Source of the DNA: Candidatus Krumholzibacteriota bacterium
GTDB lineage: Bacteria; Krumholzibacteriota; Krumholzibacteriia; LZORAL124-64-63
Reading direction: 5' to 3'
Length of the DNA: 24,070 bases
Assembly: GCA_039714075.1 (NCBI GenBank)
Contig: JBDLKA010000052.1
Span: forward strand, 1 to 24,070
This document shows, piece after piece, positions 10,128-17,581 of the stretch. Each line of letters begins with the position of its first letter. Within the stretch, counting starts at the first letter, position 1. The notes under the pieces were generated by a model, which was not told the DNA's origin, searched no databases, and saw only the letters and a program-made list of their open reading frames with translations. The position numbers were made by a program, and so were the translations under genes.

Positions 10128-11057
10128 TCAGTTCTCCAGGTTGAACGATGTGGTCACCCGTAACCAGGCCCAAATGGGGTATTTCCCCACCCTGGCGGCC
10201 TCGAATTCCCCTTTTCGCAAACTGGCGGAGGCGGATTCGGTCAGGCTCCGGGCCGGGCTTTCCACCACGGCCACCTGCCGGACCTCCCCGGAGGGGCTGA
10301 GCAGGACATCCAGGACGACATCCCCGCCGATTCCCTTGTCCACCGCCGACCGGGGAAATTCGGGAGACGGCCCTCCCTTGAATCGCGGCGGGTATTTGTT
10401 CAATTGCTGGTATTGCCACAGAATGCCGAATGTCCGCCCGCCCGTGCATTTTTCCAGGCCGGCGGCCACCAGCGCGGCGGCCCGGTCCGCCTCCCCACCG
10501 GCACGGGCCACATCCGCGAGGAGATAATCCACCGTGGCGTCATCCAGCCGGGTGGTTCCTGCCTCCAGAAGAAGTTTTTCCGCACGGCCCAGCAGGCGCG
10601 CCTTGTTCCGTTTCCAGTTCCCCACATCGGCCGCCGGGCCTTCGACGGGCAACAGGTCGGGGTCCCCCTGTCCGGCCAGCAGGTAGAGTTGCCCGAGGGT
10701 CAGCAACATCAGGGAATGCCGATGCCCGGCGGCGAGGCCGAGTTCCATTTCGATCATCCCGTCGGAACCGGAACCGTCCCTGAAGTACTCGGAACAAATT
10801 CCCAGGTAACGTTCCACCACCGTCGGAACATCCAGGTCCTCGCGGCAATCGGCCAGACGATGAGGCCTCCACTTGCCCTCGGGAACCGGCGTTTCCTTGA
10901 GGTCCCCGCTAACGACCGGCTTGGCGACCGGACCTTCGTCCCCCGCCTTCGGCGGCCCCGGCGCGCAGGCCCCCAGAGCGATCAGGAGAACCAGGCCCAA
11001 GGTGGTCGGAACTGGAATACGCCGGCAGGCGGCGCTGACCGGGCAGATCGATTTCAT
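10128..11057 (-). CDS. Lipoprotein with TPR-like helical middle and C-terminal TonB-C domain
   Basis: Lipobox IALGA-C. C-terminus PEFPRSAVDKGIGGDVVLDVLLSPSGEVRQVAVVES...FEAARVGKYPIWAWLRVTTSFNL matches the TonB_C pattern. ATGA overlap with the upstream gene. Confidence 0.8.
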   Translation of the reverse strand: MKSICPVSAACRRIPVPTTLGLVLLIALGACAPGPPKAGDEGPVAKPVVSGDLKETPVPEGKWRPHRLADCREDLDVPTVVERYLGICSEYFRDGSGSDGMIEMELGLAAGHRHSLMLLTLGQLYLLAGQGDPDLLPVEGPAADVGNWKRNKARLLGRAEKLLLEAGTTRLDDATVDYLLADVARAGGEADRAAALVAAGLEKCTGGRTFGILWQYQQLNKYPPRFKGGPSPEFPRSAVDKGIGGDVVLDVLLSPSGEVRQVAVVESPARSLTESASASLRKGEFEAARVGKYPIWAWLRVTTSFNLEN

Positions 11058-12151
11058 TCGGATTCCTTTTTTTCAAGGGAGGGATCCAGGCGCAGCACAT
11101 CCTCCCATTCGCCGGCGGCTTCATCCTCGCGGCCGAGTTTCAGCAGAAGGACCACCCGGTTGTTCCTGTAGACGACATTTTCAGGTTCAAGGCCGATGGC
11201 CCTGTCGACCGCCTCGAGACCTTCCTGATAATGCCCCGCTTCCAGGAGATTGAGCGAAACCCTGCCCCAGAATCCATGATCCGTCAACAGTTCCTCCGGC
11301 AGGCCCGCGGGCAGGGCTGCGGGATCGGAGAGGGCCCGCAGGCAGGCCAGGGATCGATGGTATTCCTCGACCCGCCTCTCGGTCTCGATCGCAAGGTTCG
11401 TTTCCCCCGCCGAAAGCCCCTCGGGGGCCAGATCATCAAGGAATTCCAGGAGATCGCCGTCCCTTCCGGCGCCGGCCAGGGCCAGACCCAGATTCCGCCG
11501 CGCCCAGGGAGTCCGCTCCCGGTCCATGATTTTTTGCAAGGGCTCCACCGCGGCGGCAAACTCCCGTGATTCCAGCAGGACTCCGGCCAGGGCCCGGTCC
11601 GCTTCCAGACAATCCGGGCACAGCTTCCGGGCAATCTCCAGCTGGTTTCGGGAACCCTGGACATCATGGAATCCGGCCAGGAACTGTCCATATTCGAGGC
11701 GGGCATCGAAATCCATCGGCGCCAGTTCCACCACCAGTTGGAACTCGGTCAGGGCCCGGCCTTTTTTCCCCAGGGCCACCAGGGCCGCGGCCAGGTTCCG
11801 GTGGGCCAGGTGGTCATTGGGATTATGGCGCATCACCGTTTCCAGGTGCGGGAGAGCCTGGGCGGGATCGCCGTCCCGCAGCAGGGCCAACCCCAGGCGA
11901 CCGGCGATTTGCCAGCCGTAAAGGGGATCTTCACCCAACTTCCCGTAAAGGCCCCGGGCTTCCCGGACGGCCGCGGATGGCTGCCCTGCCGCCAACAGGC
12001 TGTCCACCGTCGCCAGGCCTGTTCGGGCCAGAAGCGCGGCGTCGGACCTCGTTCCGGCGGTTCCGGTTCCCATCGGCGAAAAGAGGACGAAACCGACCAG
12101 GCAGGCAACAGCCAGCCGAATCCATGATGCTTTGGAGCCTCGCTGCGGCAT
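11054..12151 (-). CDS. Exported tetratricopeptide repeat protein (~365 aa)
   Basis: Likely start ATG 12151 (MPQRGSK...) after GGAGGTGA; the rest of the 892-aa track ORF is antisense to the S1 gene. Signal-like N-terminus and many TPR units (LGLALLRDGDPAQALPHLE, AHRNLAAALVALG, EAVDRAIGLEPEN). Confidence 0.85.
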   Translation of the reverse strand: MPQRGSKASWIRLAVACLVGFVLFSPMGTGTAGTRSDAALLARTGLATVDSLLAAGQPSAAVREARGLYGKLGEDPLYGWQIAGRLGLALLRDGDPAQALPHLETVMRHNPNDHLAHRNLAAALVALGKKGRALTEFQLVVELAPMDFDARLEYGQFLAGFHDVQGSRNQLEIARKLCPDCLEADRALAGVLLESREFAAAVEPLQKIMDRERTPWARRNLGLALAGAGRDGDLLEFLDDLAPEGLSAGETNLAIETERRVEEYHRSLACLRALSDPAALPAGLPEELLTDHGFWGRVSLNLLEAGHYQEGLEAVDRAIGLEPENVVYRNNRVVLLLKLGREDEAAGEWEDVLRLDPSLEKKESE

Positions 12152-12300
12152 GTCACCTCCTCTCCTGTGCCGGGGGAATTCCACGAAAACCGCTACCGCC
12201 ATCGATAAAATAAGGGATAAACCCTCAGGAATGAAGTCGGTATCCGTCGACCCGGGTTCATTTTTTCCACATTCAGGGTGTGGGAATGCCCCCATATCTG

Positions 12301-12309
12301 TGCTATATT
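12301..12309 (+). promoter_or_regulatory. Candidate extended -10 promoter for the S1 gene
   Basis: TGcTATATT immediately before the structured leader, about 100 nt upstream of ATG 12407. No good -35. Confidence 0.5.
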
Positions 12310-12406
12310 TTTCGGGCAGGGTCCGTACGGGAAAGCTTGGGAAACCAACTCCCTTTGGGGGATCGTACGGGCCGGATCCCTTGACCCATGAGAACAGGAC
12401 CAGGAA

Positions 12407-13663
12407 ATGACCAGCGACCAGAACGAAAATCCGACCGGTGACGCCGCAGAACACACAGAAAAACACACCGCAGAATCCACCGAAAATCCCCAGACCAGCG
12501 AAGCCCCGCAACCCGAGGCCGTCCCAAGTGAACATGTGAGTGAAGATGCGGGCAACCTCGTGGTTGAGGAAACCAACGAAGCCGAGGAAAATTCCACGGA
12601 ATTCGCCGAACTGCTGGCGGCCGCCGACAATGCCGAACCGACCGAAGCCCAGTCGGGGGACAAGCTGACCGGCAGGATCGTCCAGATTGACGGACCCGAT
12701 GCCTTCGTTGACTGTGGGCTGCGCAACGAACTGCCCATCGCCGTGGCGGAGCTCAAGGACGGCGACGGGGAAATGAAATTCAAGGTCGGAGACGAAATCA
12801 CCGCCTATGTCCAGAAAGCCCCCGGGGGGCTCAAGCTGACCATGGCGGTCAATCTCAAGGAGGCGGGCGTCGAAGCCCTGACAGCGGCCTTTGCCGCCGG
12901 CACGCCCGTCAAAGGCAAGGTCGGCAGCACCAACAAGGGCGGGTTCTCGGTGGATCTGGACGGGACCAGGGCCTTCTGCCCCTTCAGTCAGATCGACGTG
13001 CGGCGGGCCGACAATCCGGAACAATTCGTGGGCCAGACCTTCCAGTTCAAGATCCTGGAACTGTCCGAAGACGGACGCAATATCGTCGTTTCCCGCCGGA
13101 CCCTGCTGCAGGCGGACCGGGAGTCCCAGGCCGAAGCCACCCGTGAGTCCCTGGCCTTGGGGGAAAACCTGGAAGGTGTCGTAACGCGGCTGGTTCCCTT
13201 CGGGGCCTTTGTCGATATCGGCGGCCTCGAAGGGCTTGTCCATATCTCCCAGATTTCCCACCAACGCGTGGGCGATCCCGGGGAAGTTCTCAAGGAAGGG
13301 CAGACGGTCAAGGTCAAGGTCCTGGAAATCCAGAATCTGGGCATGGGACGTTCCGAACGGATCAGCCTGTCCATCAAGGCCCTGGCGACCGATCCCTGGC
13401 CCGAAACCGCCCGTTCCATGGTGCCCGGCCAGGATGTCGAGGGCCGGGTGACACGACTGGTGGACTTCGGAGTCTTCGTCGAGCTTCAGCCGGGAGTGGA
13501 AGGGTTGATCCACATCTCCGAACTGGCCAACCGGAGGGTCATCCATCCCCGGGAAGTGATGAACGAAGACGAACAGATCAATGTCCGCATCCTCGATGTG
13601 GATCTGGATCGCCGGCGGATATCCCTGTCCCGGAAACAGGCTTCGGATTACGAAGAGGATTGA
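12407..13663 (+). CDS. rpsA: Four-domain ribosomal protein S1-like RNA-binding protein (possibly a paralog)
   Basis: Four S1 repeats: GDKLTGRIVQI, GTPVKGKVGSTNKGGFSV...AFCPFSQI, GENLEGVVTRLVPFGAFVDIGGLEGLVHISQI, GQDVEGRVTRLVDFGVFVELQPGVEGLIHISEL...RISLSRK. Acidic N-terminal extension. Confidence 0.85.
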   Translation: MTSDQNENPTGDAAEHTEKHTAESTENPQTSEAPQPEAVPSEHVSEDAGNLVVEETNEAEENSTEFAELLAAADNAEPTEAQSGDKLTGRIVQIDGPDAFVDCGLRNELPIAVAELKDGDGEMKFKVGDEITAYVQKAPGGLKLTMAVNLKEAGVEALTAAFAAGTPVKGKVGSTNKGGFSVDLDGTRAFCPFSQIDVRRADNPEQFVGQTFQFKILELSEDGRNIVVSRRTLLQADRESQAEATRESLALGENLEGVVTRLVPFGAFVDIGGLEGLVHISQISHQRVGDPGEVLKEGQTVKVKVLEIQNLGMGRSERISLSIKALATDPWPETARSMVPGQDVEGRVTRLVDFGVFVELQPGVEGLIHISELANRRVIHPREVMNEDEQINVRILDVDLDRRRISLSRKQASDYEED

Positions 13664-13688
13664 CCCGGGCCTTGCAGACAAACACCCC

Positions 13689-13718
13689 AGGCCGCTGCCC
13701 AGGCAGCGGCCTTTTTTT
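13689..13718 (+). terminator. Intrinsic terminator after the S1 gene
   Basis: AGGCCGCTGC-CCAG-GCAGCGGCCT hairpin followed by a T tract, between convergent genes. Confidence 0.85.
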
Positions 13719-13728
13719 CGGCCTGAAA

Positions 13729-14883
13729 TCAATCCCGCAGCTTTGACACGACCTCGATGATCCTGGCCGTGGCGAAATCCACTTCCTCGCGTGTGGTGAA
13801 ACGCCCGAGCCCGATCCGGAGGCTCGCCGCGGCCAGAGGCTCGGTCACGCCGATGGCCTTCAGGATTTCCGAGGGGCGGGACTCCACGCTGCTGCAGGCG
13901 GAACTCGAGGATACCGCGATCACGGTCAGTGCACTCAACAGGCGGTGGGCGCGAATACCCTCGAAACTGACATTGAGGTTTCCTGGCAGCCGTTCCTCGA
14001 GTGCGCCATTCAGATGCACACCCTCAAGGGCCCCGGCCACTGCCTCCCACATCCGGTCGCGCAATCCCCGCAGGCGCAAAGCCTCTTCCGGCATGACCTC
14101 GCCGGCCACGCGGCAGGCCTCACCGAAGGCGGCGATGCCGGGAACATTCAGGGTGCCCGGGCGCAGTCCCCGCTCCTGTCCCCCGCCATGCTGGAGCGGC
14201 GCCAGCGTCACCCGCGGATCGCGACGCCGGACATACAAGGCCCCCACCCCCTTGGGTCCATACATCTTGTGGGCGGAGAGCGAAAGCAGATCCACGCCGT
14301 CCTTTTCGACATCCAGGGGAATTTTCCCGGCGGCCTGGGCCGCGTCCGTATGGAACAGGACCCCACGCCGTTTGCAGATCCTGCCGATCTCGGCCACCGG
14401 TTGGACGGTTCCGATCTCGTTCTGGGCCGTCATCACGGAAACCAGCAGGGTGTCATCTTCAAGTGCGGCGGCGATGTCCGCGGCCGTTACCCTCCCGTCG
14501 GAACGGGCCTGGACCACGGTGGCACGTCCCCCACGCCGTTTGAATTCAGCCACCGGTCCGCGCACCGCCTCGTGCTCCAGGTTGGTCGTCACCAGGTGAC
14601 CGCCTTCGGCTCCATAGGCCGCGGCGACCCCCAGCAGCGCCAGGTTGTCCGCCTCGGTGGCGCCCGCAGTGAAGATGATTTCCCGCGCCGTGCCCCCGAT
14701 CAGGTCCGCCACCTTCTTGCGAGCCTCCTCCACCAAGCGGGCCGCAGCCCAGCCGAAGGCGTAGCCGGAACTGGCCGGGTTGCCGAAGTGGTTCCTCTGG
14801 ACTTCCTCCAGAAAGGAAAGAACACCCGGATCGATGGGAGTGGTGGCGTGGTGGTCAAGGAATACGGGGGTGCGCAGGGTCAT
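13729..14883 (-). CDS. iscS: PLP-dependent cysteine desulfurase (IscS/NifS group I)
   Basis: LDHHATTP, GNPAS, FTAGATEADN, EHEAV, HTDAAQAAGK, PLP lysine motif SAHKMYGPKG, GGGQERGLRPGT, catalytic loop SSSSAC. Confidence 0.92.
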   Translation of the reverse strand: MTLRTPVFLDHHATTPIDPGVLSFLEEVQRNHFGNPASSGYAFGWAAARLVEEARKKVADLIGGTAREIIFTAGATEADNLALLGVAAAYGAEGGHLVTTNLEHEAVRGPVAEFKRRGGRATVVQARSDGRVTAADIAAALEDDTLLVSVMTAQNEIGTVQPVAEIGRICKRRGVLFHTDAAQAAGKIPLDVEKDGVDLLSLSAHKMYGPKGVGALYVRRRDPRVTLAPLQHGGGQERGLRPGTLNVPGIAAFGEACRVAGEVMPEEALRLRGLRDRMWEAVAGALEGVHLNGALEERLPGNLNVSFEGIRAHRLLSALTVIAVSSSSACSSVESRPSEILKAIGVTEPLAAASLRIGLGRFTTREEVDFATARIIEVVSKLRD

Positions 14884-14919
14884 GGATTGCTCCCGGAATG
14901 CCCGGAAAAACTCCCCGCA

Positions 14920-15879
14920 TCAGCGACTGAGTTCCAGCATCCTGTTGATGGGCGTCAAAGCGGCCTCGGCCAGGGCGGCATCCACCGATATCTCGGGCGT
15001 GCGGTCCCGCATGCACAGGTAAAGTTTTTCCAGGGTATTCTTCTTCATGTAGGGGCATTCGTTACAGTTGCAGGTCTCGTCGTTTCCCGGGGCAGGGATA
15101 AAAACCTTGTCCGGGTTCTCCTTCTGCATCTGATGGATGATTCCCGGTTCGGTCACCACGATGATTTCGCGGGCGGGTGTCTGCCCGGCAAAGGCCAGGA
15201 TACTGGAGGTGCTCCCGACATGATCGGCGTGCTGCAGGACGGCCTCCGGACACTCGGGATGGGCGGCCACCACGGCCTCCGGGTGCGCGATCTTCAATTC
15301 GACCAGCTTCTTCTCGTTGAACACTTCGTGCACTTCGCAGGACCCCGGCCAGAGAACCATCTCGCGCCCCAGATTCCGGGACACCCAGTCCCCGAGATAC
15401 CTGTCCGGGGCAAAAACCACGGGCTGCTCCGCAGGAAAGGATTCCACGATCTTCACGGCGTTGCTGCTGGTGCAGATCACGTCGCTCATGGCCTTGGTGG
15501 CGGCCGAACAATTGATGTAACTGACGACCTTGTGGCCGGGATATTCCTTCAGGAAGGCGGCGAATTCGTCGGGCGGACAGCCGTCGGCCAGACTGCAACC
15601 GGCTTCCAGGTCAGGCAAAAGCACCTGTTTGCCCGGATTGAGGATTTTCGCGGTTTCAGCCATGAAATGGACGCCGGCAAAAACAATGACCTCGGCTTCG
15701 GTCTCGGCCGCCCGCTGGCTCAGGGCAAGGCTGTCCCCGATGAAGTCGGCGATGTCCTGGATATCCGGCTCCTGGTAGAAATGGGCCAGGACGACCGCAT
15801 TCATGTCCTTGCGCAGGCGGTCGATTTCCTGGAAAAGGTCAAGGGTCGGATCAACGGACCCCGCGGGGAATTCGCTCAT
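14920..15879 (-). CDS. nadA: Quinolinate synthase
   Basis: [61 protein letters not shown]. The three Fe-S cysteines are present. Confidence 0.97.
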   Translation of the reverse strand: MSEFPAGSVDPTLDLFQEIDRLRKDMNAVVLAHFYQEPDIQDIADFIGDSLALSQRAAETEAEVIVFAGVHFMAETAKILNPGKQVLLPDLEAGCSLADGCPPDEFAAFLKEYPGHKVVSYINCSAATKAMSDVICTSSNAVKIVESFPAEQPVVFAPDRYLGDWVSRNLGREMVLWPGSCEVHEVFNEKKLVELKIAHPEAVVAAHPECPEAVLQHADHVGSTSSILAFAGQTPAREIIVVTEPGIIHQMQKENPDKVFIPAPGNDETCNCNECPYMKKNTLEKLYLCMRDRTPEISVDAALAEAALTPINRMLELSR

Positions 15880-16192
15880 GGCCTCTCGTTTCTACCGGAA
15901 ACCGGTTCTCACATCCGGATTTACAGCCCGGGGAATGCCTTCCGGAACGGCCGGCATCTCCTGTTCAATGCTAATTTTGTCACAGGTTTGGATTTCTGCA
16001 AGGGTCCTTTGCAACTTCGGTTTGAAGAGGTATGGACTTTTCCCTCCCAAAGCCCTAATATTCATGGGTTGGATATGCGGCCCCTGCCTCCTTGCGGGCA
16101 TGTAATTTCCGGTGGTTGCCATTGAGGGCGCCCCGGTTTTGGTAGCCGGCCGTTCCGTTCCCCCACCAGCTGAACGTGAGGATATCTCAGCA

Positions 16193-17455
16193 ATGAAAAT
16201 TATTGCGTCTGTCCTGACCGGCACTAGCAGTCCGAAGGCGAAGCTGCGTCTGCCCGTATTCATGTCCCTGGCCCTTTTGACGGTCGTACTCTTTGTCGGA
16301 GCCTGCTCGGACGAGACCGCGGAAGTCACTTTCCCTGTCGAACCCAAACCTGATCCCCAGAACTGGCTGTTCACCATCCATGGGACCGGCCCCAATGACA
16401 TCTATGCAGCCGGAGCCAGGGGCACCATGTTCCGTTTTGACGGCGCCCAGTGGATAGATGTTCCCCTGGGCACCGGCAAAGCCATCACGGAGTTGTGGGA
16501 ATCCGAGGACGGCACCCTGTATGCCACGGGGCATGAAGGTATGATCCTCCGCAACTCGGGAGGCGGCTGGAGCGCCATGACCAGCGGCACGTCCAAGGAC
16601 CTTTTCGGTATCGGTCGTTTGGGAGACGACATCTATGCCTGCGGTTTCGAGGGCGCCCTGCTGAAACTCAGCGGCAGTTCCTGGGGAGGGGTCCACGGGA
16701 TGAGCTGGATTCTGGATGAAACCGGCGCCCCCAGAGACACCCTCGAGTTGAGCCAGGACATCGCTTCCCTTACCCTTGTGAACAGCTTTTTCATCGGCGG
16801 AGCCTTCATCGATCCCAATTTCGAAGGTAAACCCGTTGATATGGTCGGAACCAAGGGCGGCCTTTTGGCCATTGCCGATCATACCGCTTTCCCCGACCCC
16901 GACTCGACGGGCTCCTATCAGGTTTTGCCGGACTGGATCCTCAGACCCATCAGCGGTGAACAGATTGTCGACGCCGAATGGATGCTGTCGGCCACCTCGG
17001 ATCCGGCCGACCTGAGCCGGAATTACCTGGGGACTTCCGAAGGTTGGCTCTTCCAGCTTTCGAAAACCGGGGAAGACACGGTGTGGACCAAGTTCGACCC
17101 GGCCGTTACCGACAGCCCGGGCGGGGGTATCCAGGACATCTGGCTCGACCCCCTGAACAACGTCTATGTCGTCACCGATGAAGGCGCGATCGTCTACCAG
17201 ACCTTCGATTACAAGTTCAATGAATCCGGAGAACGGGTCACCCTGTACAACGGGACCATGAGTCTGACCGGAATCTGGGGCACCGATGCCGGGAATTTCT
17301 TCGTCGTGGGGTACATGGACGAAATGATCCTGCGCTGCTCCCACGATCCCGTCACGGGGGATTTCAGCATCATTGAAATGCCGGTGACATTCCCCCCCAA
17401 CAAGGCGTTTGAACCGGGACCGGCCGTGGACAAATTCGGGCGGCCCCTGTATTGA
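16193..17455 (+). CDS. Beta-propeller repeat lipoprotein of unknown function
   Basis: Probable start ATG 16193 after GAGGA. Lipobox FVGA-C. Repeats TIHGTGPNDIYAAG, ELWESEDGTLYATG, GIGRLGDDIYACG, DIWLDPLNNVYVV, GIWGTDAGNFFVVG. Confidence 0.72.
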   Translation: MKIIASVLTGTSSPKAKLRLPVFMSLALLTVVLFVGACSDETAEVTFPVEPKPDPQNWLFTIHGTGPNDIYAAGARGTMFRFDGAQWIDVPLGTGKAITELWESEDGTLYATGHEGMILRNSGGGWSAMTSGTSKDLFGIGRLGDDIYACGFEGALLKLSGSSWGGVHGMSWILDETGAPRDTLELSQDIASLTLVNSFFIGGAFIDPNFEGKPVDMVGTKGGLLAIADHTAFPDPDSTGSYQVLPDWILRPISGEQIVDAEWMLSATSDPADLSRNYLGTSEGWLFQLSKTGEDTVWTKFDPAVTDSPGGGIQDIWLDPLNNVYVVTDEGAIVYQTFDYKFNESGERVTLYNGTMSLTGIWGTDAGNFFVVGYMDEMILRCSHDPVTGDFSIIEMPVTFPPNKAFEPGPAVDKFGRPLY

Positions 17456-17581
17456 GCCGTCCGGTCGGCGGCCCCTGCCGGGGGACCCCCGTTCCGGATG
17501 CATCATAAAATCCCCGACGGCCCGGTTCTCGTCTGAGAACCGGGCTGAAGTTCGCCAATTCCACATTTTGGAGGTAACCCC

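Noticed and set aside
12152..13732. N-terminal ~527 aa of the 892-aa minus-strand ORF
   Set aside because: Antisense to the S1 gene and its leader; the TPR gene has a strong SD and signal-like start at 12151.
15880..15975. NAD+-I (nadA motif) riboswitch or leader peptide upstream of nadA
   Set aside because: I could not find the consensus I recall for that motif, and the small ORF MPAVPEG...GFR has GGAG with zero spacing to its ATG. An Rfam scan would settle it.
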